Assembly: GCA_024102725.1 (NCBI GenBank) | Contig: JAGFJL010000047.1 | Span: 1 to 40,000, forward strand | From: Nitrococcus mobilis | Lineage (GTDB): Bacteria > Pseudomonadota > Gammaproteobacteria > Nitrococcales > Nitrococcaceae | DNA: 40,000 bases | Reading direction: 5' to 3' | Part shown: positions 18,333 through 26,028 of the stretch, piece after piece | Layout: every line of letters begins with the position of its first letter | Position numbering within the stretch: the first letter of the stretch is position 1 | Made by a program: the position numbers and the translations under genes | Notes under the pieces: generated by a model | The model's database searches: none | What the model saw: only the letters and a program-made list of their open reading frames with translations | What the model was told of the DNA's origin: nothing

Positions 18333-19191
18333 GAGCGAACCGGGCCTGTTATCCGGTGGCGGTGATGTGCCGGGTGCTGAAGGTCTCCGTGAGCGGTTAC
18401 TACGCTTGGCGAAAGCGCCCGCACTCCAGGCAAGCCGCGCAGGACAGGGCGCTGAGCGCCAGGATCGTGGCCATTTACCGCCACTCCGATGGCACCTATG
18501 GGTGTCCACGGATCTACCAGCAGCTGCGCGCCGAGGGCGTGCAGGTGGGACACAACCGCGTCGCACGTCTGATGCGCGTGGCGGGACTGCGCGGGGTGAG
18601 TCGCCGGCGGCGTTTTGTCACGACGACGCAGCGCGCCTCCATGGCGGCGCGTCCGGCACCGGATCTGGTACGACGCGACTTCCGTGCCGAAGCGCCCAAC
18701 CGGCTGTGGGTCGCCGATGTAAGCCATATCCCGACGTGGGAGGGGTTCTTGTATCTGGCGGTCGTTCTCGATGTGTTTAGTCGCCGTATCGTCGGCTGGG
18801 CGATGGCGGGGCACCTGCGCACCGAGCTCGTGCTCGCGGCCTTGGAGATGGCCTTTGCACAGCGTCGTCCCGAGGCCGTCATCCATCATTCGGATCAGGG
18901 TGCGCAATACACCTCGATTGCTTTCGGCCACCGCTGCAAGGCGCTCGGGGTGCGTCCCTCCATGGGTCGGTCGGAGACTGTTTCGACAACGCCATGGCCG
19001 AGAGCTTCTTTGCCAGTCTCGAATGCGAGCTATTGGAAAGGCACCATTTCCGCACCCGCGAGCAAGCGCGCTCGGCCGTGTTCGAATACATCGAAGGTTG
19101 GTACAACCGCCGTCGCTTGCATTCTGGGCTTGGCTATCTGTCACCTTCCACCTTCGAGCGGAGGTACTGTACACAGACAACACCACCTTAG
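18329..19191 (+). pseudogene. IS3-family transposase orfB (rve/DDE), frameshifted
   Basis: The frame is -1 relative to orfA. Motifs: NRLWVADVSHIPTWEGFLYLAVVLDVFSRRIVGWAM and HHSDQGAQYTS. After VRPSMGRS the frame is lost; it should read GDCFDNAMAESFF. The sequence MAESFFASLECELLERHHF...WYNRRRLHSGLGYLSPSTFE continues in another frame. One missing G at about 18973-18975 would restore the frame. Confidence 0.8.
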
Positions 19192-19220
19192 AACTTCCAA
19201 CTCTCCACGAAATCGGGGTA

Positions 19221-19449
19221 AGTCTACATGTTCCGCTCTCGTTACAACGAGATCAGGCCGCACTGGGCGCTCGTGCCGGTTGACGGCGCCGATCCGGTGA
19301 CACCGCAGGCCGTCTACGTTCATGGCCACGCCGTACAACTCCCGAAGTGGCAAGGTTGGGCGAAGGCCGCAAGGGCGAAACTACGCGAGATGATCGACGG
19401 TGCGCACCTGCCGCTGAGTGCTGTTGAGGAAATCGCCGGAGCGTCATGA
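19221..19449 (+). pseudogene. C-terminal fragment of an rve-type (DDE) transposase, probably the 3' end of element X
   Basis: FRSRYNEIRPHWALVPVDGADPVTPQAVYVHG... is the YNxxRPHxAL signature of integrase-core transposases. It begins directly at the IRR of the IS3 element and has no catalytic core upstream. Confidence 0.6.
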
Positions 19450-19499
19450 GCACTCACACAAACCCAGAACGGTCGTGTCCGGTTGATTTCGGAGCCAAG

Positions 19500-19592
19500 A
19501 CATCTTCGGAAAAACGCTTCTTCTTCATGTCCGTCTCCTCGATCAGACGGACTGTACTAACTTTCCGCTGGTCTAGAAATCGGGGGCAGGTA
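19500..19592 (-). mobile_element. detached 5' end of the IS407-like element: terminal IR, RBS hairpin, first ~9 codons of orfA
   Basis: - The reverse complement of 19581-19592 is TACCTGCCCCCG. This matches the TGACCTGCCCCCG end at 15840 apart from one missing base.
- Minus strand: GTCCGTCT-gatcgagg-AGACGGAC, then ATG (19528) AAG AAG AAG CGT TTT TCC GAA GAT, giving MKKKRFSED. This is the usual IS407-group orfA start (MKK(K)RFxEE).
- Homology stops near 19500. Confidence 0.6.
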
Positions 19593-19606
19593 TTTGCTGA
19601 TATAAA

Positions 19607-20668
19607 TCACACGGAGCATAGGCAATTCTCCCGTAGTTGTGCAAGCAACAGTTGTGTTAACTGCATGTAGTCCTTCGGGATGTTCTGAATATCATTCCAT
19701 GGTCGAGTGAGCCCACTACCAAATTCCCAGACCCCTCTGGTCCAGGCCGTATGCGGCTCCAAGCATTTCAGGTAAGGGGTGAATTCCTCTTCGTTAAATG
19801 CGCCAATACGTGCGTGGAGGTACTCCATGACATAGCCCATACTAATTATCCCAGCGCCATGAACAAGCCGGGAGGTTTTAGGCTTGTGGCCTTTCCATGC
19901 ATAATCGTAGACGTTTTGCACAGCAGCAAAGAAATTGCTGATCAACCGCAACCCCTTTTCGAAACCGTCTTCGTCGCGAGAGAACTCTCGTAGAGCCCCG
20001 TCGGAAGCAGAGTTCATGATTACTCTTTGGATTACAGTGTCCTGAATAATACCTTGTGGGTTGGTGTGTTGCTTAATTTGACCGCGCAGCGATGACGCAT
20101 CGCTATAATTCAAGTATTCAACCATTGCGGCCGCCGCCGCGCGAGATCCCAGACGGTCTGGTAGGTCAGTGACCCCCGGAAGGAGCTCATAAATAAGTTG
20201 CTTCGGTAAAGGTCGTGTGTTGTTAATCAAGATGAACTGCTTCCGAAGTTCATCTTGATCTCTGCACAGCAAAGCGGAAACCACCAGTTGAAATTTTGTT
20301 TCGATGTCCATTAACGCGGACAAACGCTGCTGTCCGTCAACGACAAATCCAGCCGCGTCGTCCAGGTCGACTGTCAGGGTCGCAACATCGATGGCTCCTT
20401 GCTTTATCAGCTTCGCGCCACGTGTGAAAGCCACAACCACAGAATTTGGCAAGAGAGCCTCGCGCCTCGACAGGTACTCGCGAATTTCCTTAATGTGACT
20501 TGCGACCTGCGGGCGCTGGAAGCCACTAAGATGACCTTTCTCATCGCGGCCAACCCGATCTATTTTTGCAAAGCGCAGTATCTCGCCCGCAGTAGCGCAA
20601 AAGCAGCAGACTTGTACGGAGTCACCCTGGTTAGGAACCAGTGCTGTATAGCGCAGGATATTGGCCAT
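19607..20668 (-). CDS. DGQHR-domain (DndB/DpdB-like) protein, copy downstream of dpdA
   Basis: Motif blocks: RDEKGHLSGFQRPQVASHIKEIREYL, LLPNSVVVAF, VVDGQQRLSAL (the DGQHR signature with Q in place of H), FILINNTRPLPKQLIYELLPGV, SRLVHGAGIISMGYVM, GVWEF and WNDIQNIPK. It is collinear with the protein at 21947-23140. Confidence 0.8.
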   Translation of the reverse strand: MANILRYTALVPNQGDSVQVCCFCATAGEILRFAKIDRVGRDEKGHLSGFQRPQVASHIKEIREYLSRREALLPNSVVVAFTRGAKLIKQGAIDVATLTVDLDDAAGFVVDGQQRLSALMDIETKFQLVVSALLCRDQDELRKQFILINNTRPLPKQLIYELLPGVTDLPDRLGSRAAAAAMVEYLNYSDASSLRGQIKQHTNPQGIIQDTVIQRVIMNSASDGALREFSRDEDGFEKGLRLISNFFAAVQNVYDYAWKGHKPKTSRLVHGAGIISMGYVMEYLHARIGAFNEEEFTPYLKCLEPHTAWTRGVWEFGSGLTRPWNDIQNIPKDYMQLTQLLLAQLRENCLCSV

Positions 20669-21950
20669 TAGCGAGGACCTGCTTGAGGTATTTGTGAAAA
20701 ACGTAGAGATTATGAATTCCGCGGCGCTTGTTCCGGTTGCTTGAACGGAACAGTATCGTCTCGACGCCTGCCTGACGGCAGACGTTGCATTCGCACCTCT
20801 CCCACTGTCGTGCCTCCAAAGTCCTCTGGTACTGCACTCGTGCTTTTGTCAGCTTCGCGTCAACAGTGGCGCGACTGGAATTGCTGCCGTCAAGCAGTGG
20901 CTCTATGTAGCGCAAAACCGCCTCCAGGGTTGGACTGAGACTCATTTCCCTTGAGGCATAGGCTCTAACTGAGGTGAGAGCGTCGGTTTCCAGTTCGAGC
21001 AAGTGCTCCAACCGTCTGCGACCTGACCTAACCTGCCGTTGAAGAACAAGATTCTCGTGCACCTGCGGCACCCGCACCGCGCTGTAATACTCCATCTCCC
21101 CGTGCGCATTTAGAAAATAGTAGTTTCTTGAACCATCCTTAAAGGCCCGGATGAGAGGAGAACTGGTGTCGAAGCTATCGATTCGATATGGGGCAAACTC
21201 GCTGAGTTGGTCCGCCTTCGCAAACCCAAGCAGGTGCAGGGACACATTCGGGTATCGCCCCACCACGTTCATCACAGCGCCTAGCGCCAGGTGGATGCTC
21301 TTGGTATTAAGAGGAGCCAATCCGCCGACTGCGATGTAGCGATATCCCATATGCACAAGGCGGCGCGCTGCTTCCGCCATACTGCCCGGCGACCAACCTT
21401 GAACAACGCCGATTGGCTGGAACGTCGCATGGTGCCTGCGGTGCTCAAGCAAAAATGACTCAGCCAATTCGAGGGTCAAATCAAACCGTCGGTGAGCTTC
21501 CGGTGTGCCGCCGGCAAGGCCGGCTACGCTATGGCGTTCGAAATCGAAAACTATGTGGTCAACGGAGAAACCGTGAGTGAATCCTGCCTCTTCGTAGAAT
21601 GCAACCGTATCTTCGGGCGTGTATGGTGGATGTTCGAGGCTAGCGTATGAGAAGGCACCACAGTCTCCAAAAATTGGTATGTCTTGGAACCGAGGGTCCT
21701 CAAGACGTAGAAAACGGCGTGCTCCAACCCGGCGAAAACGCATCGCTTGGGATTCAGTATACTTACCCTTTATCACATGGTCGCCAACCGTTGTTCTTGA
21801 AACTAGGACTCCGTCGTAAGGCAAGCGGTTATGTAATTCGTGGGGGTAAACATCGTCCCAATACGGTTTGCGACCAGGTGCGTTCTCATCGTTGATGAAG
21901 TCGTAGTTTGGGTCGACGTAGTCTAAACTATCCGCGAAAATAAATTTCAC
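20631..21950 (-). CDS. dpdA: DpdA, DNA-targeting tRNA-guanine-transglycosylase-like enzyme (7-deazaguanine DNA modification)
   Basis: - N-terminus MKFIFADSLDYVDPNYDF.
- FGDCGAFSY aligns with the TGT DSGGFQ active-site motif.
- TGT-type zinc site CECNVC...(23 aa)...H, near the C-terminus.
- GTG start overlaps the upstream DGQHR stop (GTGA).
- Flanked by DGQHR genes, with queC/E/D nearby. Confidence 0.85.
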   Translation of the reverse strand: MKFIFADSLDYVDPNYDFINDENAPGRKPYWDDVYPHELHNRLPYDGVLVSRTTVGDHVIKGKYTESQAMRFRRVGARRFLRLEDPRFQDIPIFGDCGAFSYASLEHPPYTPEDTVAFYEEAGFTHGFSVDHIVFDFERHSVAGLAGGTPEAHRRFDLTLELAESFLLEHRRHHATFQPIGVVQGWSPGSMAEAARRLVHMGYRYIAVGGLAPLNTKSIHLALGAVMNVVGRYPNVSLHLLGFAKADQLSEFAPYRIDSFDTSSPLIRAFKDGSRNYYFLNAHGEMEYYSAVRVPQVHENLVLQRQVRSGRRRLEHLLELETDALTSVRAYASREMSLSPTLEAVLRYIEPLLDGSNSSRATVDAKLTKARVQYQRTLEARQWERCECNVCRQAGVETILFRSSNRNKRRGIHNLYVFHKYLKQVLANGQYPALYSTGS

Positions 21951-23140
21951 GCACGCTCCCGTTTTGACGCTTCGTAGTCTAGCTTAATAAGTTGTTCTGA
22001 TAGTGCTTTCACATGTTTGCTAACGTTTTGTATTTGGTTCCATTCCATTCCCAAGTCTTCCCACACGCCGCTGATCCAGCAGCATTTCGGCTCGATACGC
22101 TTGAGCGCGAATCGTATCTCCCTTTCCTGATCGTCGCTTCCTTGAGTTCGCACGATAATGCGGTCCATTAGGGTGCCCATTGCCTTGATGCCAGCCGAGT
22201 GAGTTAAGCGACTGTGGGACGGGGGCAGAGCCCACGCCTCTAGAAACGTATCTCGCACGGCAGACCAGTACGTGAGCAGTGTGTTATACATAGCCGTTGT
22301 ATCGGTGCGCCCCTCACCAACTCCTTTGAATTGAGCGAGTGCGCCTAACGGGCTACCGATGCTGCGCCGGATAACATCGATTAAGGCCGTGTCGACGATG
22401 AAATGATCAGTCGTACCGTGGCCGTCGGTCGATGCACGGCGAATACGCTCGTAGAACGGTGAACGGGGGTCGCGATTCAGTATGTTGCACAACTCGCTAG
22501 GGAGTCGGCGAACTGCCAAGTCCCTAGGCAGATGGGTATCCACCTCAGGCAGGAGTTCGTTAATCAGTCGCGTTGGCAGCGGTTTGGCCTTGTTGACAAG
22601 AATGAACTGCTCACGCTGAGTCTCAAGATCGCCAGCAATAAATGCTACGACCGGCACCGGGAGACCGGTAGATTTACTCTTTGATAGCGCGAGCGAGCGC
22701 TGCTGCCCGTCTACGATCCAAGCAACACGGGTACCCTCCTCTCGAAGTGGAATCATCAAGGTACCGGCATGAGCGATGGGGTTAAGTCCATCCGGTTCCC
22801 GCCCCCGTGTCTGTTTAAATTCCACTTCCGGCGAGAGCGCCAAGATGATGGCGTTCGGGAACAAGACGTCGCCCGCGTCGAGATATTCAACTATGTTGTT
22901 GACGTGATTACGTATCTCTTTGCGCTGGAAGCCCTGTAACGAGGTTTTCTCGTCCCGATGGATGCGGCTGATATCTGCAATACGGACGATGTCCTCACCG
23001 GGCATGAAGAAGGCGAAGACTTCTATGCCCCTACCTTGACTCGTCCGAAGGGCACGAACGATGAGCGTGTCTTCGCCGTTTACCACGAGCGTGCCTTCTT
23101 CACTTCCCGAAACAACCGGGCAAAGCGCCCTTGTTCGCAA
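21947..23140 (-). CDS. dpdB: DGQHR-domain protein, DpdB-like, copy upstream of and translationally coupled to dpdA
   Basis: Motif blocks: RDEKTSLQGFQRKEIRNHVNNIVEYL, LFPNAIILAL, IVDGQQRSLAL, FILVNKAKPLPTRLINELLPEV, SRLTHSAGIKAMGTLM, GVWED and WNQIQNVSK. The start is ambiguous: ATG at 23140, or GTG at 23086, which overlaps the upstream TAA. I cannot decide which of the two DGQHR genes is the DpdB orthologue. Confidence 0.8.
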   Translation of the reverse strand: MRTRALCPVVSGSEEGTLVVNGEDTLIVRALRTSQGRGIEVFAFFMPGEDIVRIADISRIHRDEKTSLQGFQRKEIRNHVNNIVEYLDAGDVLFPNAIILALSPEVEFKQTRGREPDGLNPIAHAGTLMIPLREEGTRVAWIVDGQQRSLALSKSKSTGLPVPVVAFIAGDLETQREQFILVNKAKPLPTRLINELLPEVDTHLPRDLAVRRLPSELCNILNRDPRSPFYERIRRASTDGHGTTDHFIVDTALIDVIRRSIGSPLGALAQFKGVGEGRTDTTAMYNTLLTYWSAVRDTFLEAWALPPSHSRLTHSAGIKAMGTLMDRIIVRTQGSDDQEREIRFALKRIEPKCCWISGVWEDLGMEWNQIQNVSKHVKALSEQLIKLDYEASKRERA

Positions 23141-24063
23141 GCAACGCCCTCGCGATCCCGCAATAGACGCAGCATCTGAGAACTCGCACCGCCCGCATCA
23201 TGCCAGAATTTTTGAATTAGCCTGCGGACGTCTTCATCCCTAACTCGGTTTCGCCTGATCGCGTCCGGTGGGCGCATCTCCTCAAGCACTGCTGCAACCG
23301 AACTTGCGTGCACTGAAGCCGGGGCGTCGGGATCCCGAGACCAGATTTCCTCTACGAAATGCCGCGCCGCCCTTGGTGCGAAGTCCGTGCGGGTACCTGG
23401 TAATGGACTATCTGGACCATCAAACCGGCCGTCGTATGGCATAGTTACATTAATAAGCTCGGCAGGAATTAACCGACTTCCACTAATAACTCGCAGACGT
23501 TGCACGCACCAGCCCGGTAATGTTGCCAACTCCTCGTGGACTAACCCCAGGTATCTGCCAGACAACGCCACTACGACGGTCGCGGCGCTGTGGTCATGAA
23601 GCAGTCGCCGCAAGGGTTTAGGCCGTCCACGAACTTGGTTGATTTCATGCCACCAAAGACCAAGTTGCCAGCAGCCGGATCCCGACTGGGATCGATACTC
23701 AGCCAAATCGGCAAGTGTAAAGTCATAGGGCGGTACGCGGTCATCCGGTTCGATTAGCCCGAGGCCGGCAGATACCACATAGCAAGGGGCCTCGAATTTT
23801 TCTGCCGTTGATTGCGCCTCTTTGAATCCGCGGCCGCAATAAAGCTCCTTCGCTATTACATGCTGTAAGTGGCCCTGCGCCGCGGACCACCATTCCATCG
23901 CAAAGCGCCGCATCGAACCATTTACCCTATCCGGCGCGCTGAGACATGTACCCACGCCTCGCCGCTTGCGGTTTGTGCAGTTCGTAACCAGCACCAGCCT
24001 GAAGGACCTATCTAGAGAGTTATTGACCACAAACCTGTTGCTTCGCGTGAATAAACGTAGCAC
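23080..24063 (-). CDS. uncharacterised 327-aa protein, first gene of the dpd operon; DpdC candidate by position only
   Basis: GTG start at 24063. Conserved-looking N-terminal pattern: LVLVTNCTNRKR ... ELYCGRGFKEA ... YVVSAGLGLIEPDDRVPPYDFT. Co-directional with and overlapping the DGQHR gene. I do not recognise the family with certainty. Confidence 0.5.
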   Translation of the reverse strand: MLRLFTRSNRFVVNNSLDRSFRLVLVTNCTNRKRRGVGTCLSAPDRVNGSMRRFAMEWWSAAQGHLQHVIAKELYCGRGFKEAQSTAEKFEAPCYVVSAGLGLIEPDDRVPPYDFTLADLAEYRSQSGSGCWQLGLWWHEINQVRGRPKPLRRLLHDHSAATVVVALSGRYLGLVHEELATLPGWCVQRLRVISGSRLIPAELINVTMPYDGRFDGPDSPLPGTRTDFAPRAARHFVEEIWSRDPDAPASVHASSVAAVLEEMRPPDAIRRNRVRDEDVRRLIQKFWHDAGGASSQMLRLLRDREGVACEQGRFARLFREVKKARSW

Positions 24064-24168
24064 AACATACTATGCATGGTCCGCATTAATTGCACGCTCT
24101 TAGTAGTCTACTCTTATACATTATTGTAGGCTGATGGTATGAGACCTGCTGTCAAAGGAGGTCGACTA
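24064..24168. promoter_or_regulatory. AT-rich divergent intergenic region between the dpd operon and queC-queE-queD
   Basis: A 105-bp gap between divergent starts, locally AT-rich (ATACTATGCATGG, TTAATTGCA, TATACATTATTGTAGG). A strong RBS AAAGGAGG lies 7 nt before the queC ATG at 24169. No specific -35/-10 pair could be assigned with confidence. Confidence 0.35.
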
Positions 24169-24435
24169 ATGAGCCATGCTGAAGGCGGGGCCTTGGTCCT
24201 ATTTTCGGGTGGGCAGGACTCGACCACCTGCCTCGCTTGGGCGCTTGATCGGTTTCAGCATATCGAAACCGTGGGTTACACGTACGGTCAGCGCCATGAG
24301 GTAGAGATGCATGCCGTACCTGTTACCTGGGCGAGCGCTGCTATCGCCATGATTGGGGCTACGGCTGTGAGGAGTGCCCAGCGTGCCAACTGCGGGCCAA
24401 GGGCTGGCGGGGCGCTACCAGGCGGCAAAACATGA
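24169..24435 (+). pseudogene. queC: queC (7-cyano-7-deazaguanine synthase) remnant with a large internal deletion
   Basis: - The N-terminus [39 protein letters not shown] carries the SGGxDS PP-loop and the YGQRH motif.
- About 50 codons later, and in a different frame (from 24321), comes the QueC C-terminal zinc motif [29 protein letters not shown].
- Only about 270 nt are present where about 690 nt are expected. Confidence 0.85.
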
Positions 24436-25065
24436 CCTACAGCGTCAAGCATATCTTCTACACGTTGCAAGCCGAGGGTGCGCAGACAGGCCGGCCAGTG
24501 GTGTTCTGCCGATTCGCGGGGTGCAATCTCTGGTCGGGGCTGGAACGGGGTCGCGCGAATGCGCGGTGCCGGTTCTGCGATACCGATTTCGTCGGCACCG
24601 ATGGTGCCGGTGGCGGCAAATTCGATACAGCCGAATCGTTGGCCGCTGCGGTCGCGCCATGCTGGTCGCCGGGCAATGGGCCCGCGCTATGCAGTTTGCA
24701 GCGCTGGCGAACCGCTGCTGCAACTCGACCGCCCGCTGATCGATGCGCTGCACGCCGAAGGATTAGATGTGGCGATTGAAACCAATGGCATTCTGCCCGT
24801 ACCACCGAGTATGGACTGGGTGTGCGTCAGCCCCAAGGCACCCAATGCCCTTATGGTTGAATCCGGCGACGAACTCAAGGTGGTTTATCCGCAGCCAGGC
24901 CCCGAAATGGACCGCCTCGCACACCTCCCATTCCGTTACCGCTTTGTGCAGACGATGGATGGTCAACACATCGTCGAGAATACGAGAGCGGCGCTTGAGT
25001 TCTGTCTCGCAAACCCTGTTTCGCGGCTGGGCCTCCAAACTCACAAGCAACTCGGAATCGAATGA
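24432..25065 (+). pseudogene. queE: queE (7-carboxy-7-deazaguanine synthase, radical SAM), frameshifted
   Basis: - N-terminal frame: [58 protein letters not shown]. This is the Burkholderia-type CX14CX2C cluster motif.
- After ...WSPGNGP the homology continues in another frame: [35 protein letters not shown]...LGLQTHKQLGIE.
- A single-base indel at about 24681-24687 explains the shift. Confidence 0.85.
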
Positions 25066-25607
25066 GCGCCTTCAGCATCTCCCGCCGACTCGAGATCGAC
25101 GCCGCTCATCGGATTGCGGGTCACGGTTCCAAGTGCCGATACCTGCACGGCCACCGGTATGTCATCGAGGCTTGCTGTATCAGCGCCTCGCTGCACACAA
25201 ACGGCGCTAAGCGGGGGATGGTGTTGGACTTTGGGTTTCTCAAAGAAGAGATGGCACGCACGATTGATGAGCCCTGCGATCACGGCTTGCTGGTGAGCGT
25301 GGACGATCAGGAACTTCTGGCGATGCTTGCTCCGGTCGGGCGAGCTGATGCGTGGGTTACTGAGCTCGAGCGGGAGGTTCGGCGAGCGGGGCACTGCTCC
25401 GCCATCGATGGGCGTCTCGGCGGGCTGATCTATGTGCTGGATGCACCGCCGACCGCCGAGGTACTCGCACAGCACTGGTTCCAACAGCTAAAGCCCCGAG
25501 TAAATGAGCGCAGTAGCGGTCAAGCACATTTAACGGCGGTTACCGTTTGGGAAACGCCGAATTGCTGGGCTCGGTACGAAGGGCCGGAGGTGGTCCGACA
25601 CAAGTAA
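25062..25607 (+). CDS. queD: QueD, 6-carboxy-5,6,7,8-tetrahydropterin synthase (PTPS family)
   Basis: The start overlaps the queE stop (ATGA). Motifs: FSISRRLEIDAAHRI, KCRYLHGHRY (the CxxxHGH zinc/catalytic motif) and GMVLDFGFLK. The 181-aa ORF is intact. Confidence 0.85.
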   Translation: MSAFSISRRLEIDAAHRIAGHGSKCRYLHGHRYVIEACCISASLHTNGAKRGMVLDFGFLKEEMARTIDEPCDHGLLVSVDDQELLAMLAPVGRADAWVTELEREVRRAGHCSAIDGRLGGLIYVLDAPPTAEVLAQHWFQQLKPRVNERSSGQAHLTAVTVWETPNCWARYEGPEVVRHK

Positions 25608-26028
25608 GGTTAAGCGGATCGCCGTCGCAGTGGACCCCTTTTCTTTATGGGGCTGTCTCTAGCCGGTATTTGTCAACGTAGCCGTGAATCGACCCACCAT
25701 AGCTCGTTCGGATTCAGCACGTGGCTGGCAATTTCCAGCTGATAGGCATCCCGCTCAATGACGATGGCCGGCCACTTCTCGACGGGGCAGGGAGTACGGC
25801 CAGCGCCCCGGTGAGCCGGGCAATCCCTGAAGTTATCCTGTGATGGTTGCCCTCCTTGATCTGATAGCCTGCTCTCTATGCCTTTCCGTCATTCCGGCGT
25901 AAGCGGGACCAAATTCCGTAGGGAACGGATTTGAACTGCCAGAGCTGGACCCCAGCGACTGGACAGGGATCGAAGCCTGCTAAGTGGAATCTTCTGGCTT
26001 AAAGTTCTCGAAAGAGAAGGAGCGGAAG

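Larger units (their letters stand above)
17941..19220 (+). mobile_element. IS3-family insertion sequence, 1280 bp, with recognisable terminal inverted repeats
   Basis: IRL is TGCCCCGATTTGGTGGAG at 17941-17958. The reverse complement of the right end, TACCCCGATTTCGTGGAG at 19203-19220, matches it at 16 of 18 positions. It has the orfA/orfB organisation. The flanks differ: IS110 tnp on the left, an rve fragment on the right. No direct repeat is present (TGT versus AGT). Confidence 0.85.

Noticed and set aside
25640-25900. Start-less minus-strand reading frame ...EKWPAIVIERDAYQLEIASHVLNPNELWWVDSRLR preceded by AAGGAGG
   Set aside because: It has no ATG, GTG or TTG start in frame and a stop about 70 codons upstream, and I recognise no family. 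It is possibly a gene fragment, but this cannot be supported.
25915-25945. tRNA-like string GGGAACGGATTTGAAC (possible reverse complement of a tRNA 3' end, i.e. an ICE/island attachment remnant)
   Set aside because: The putative T-stem does not pair (GGCAG versus CCGTT). The TGAAC part is better explained as the start of the IS3 left inverted repeat. No acceptor stem or CCA context is present.
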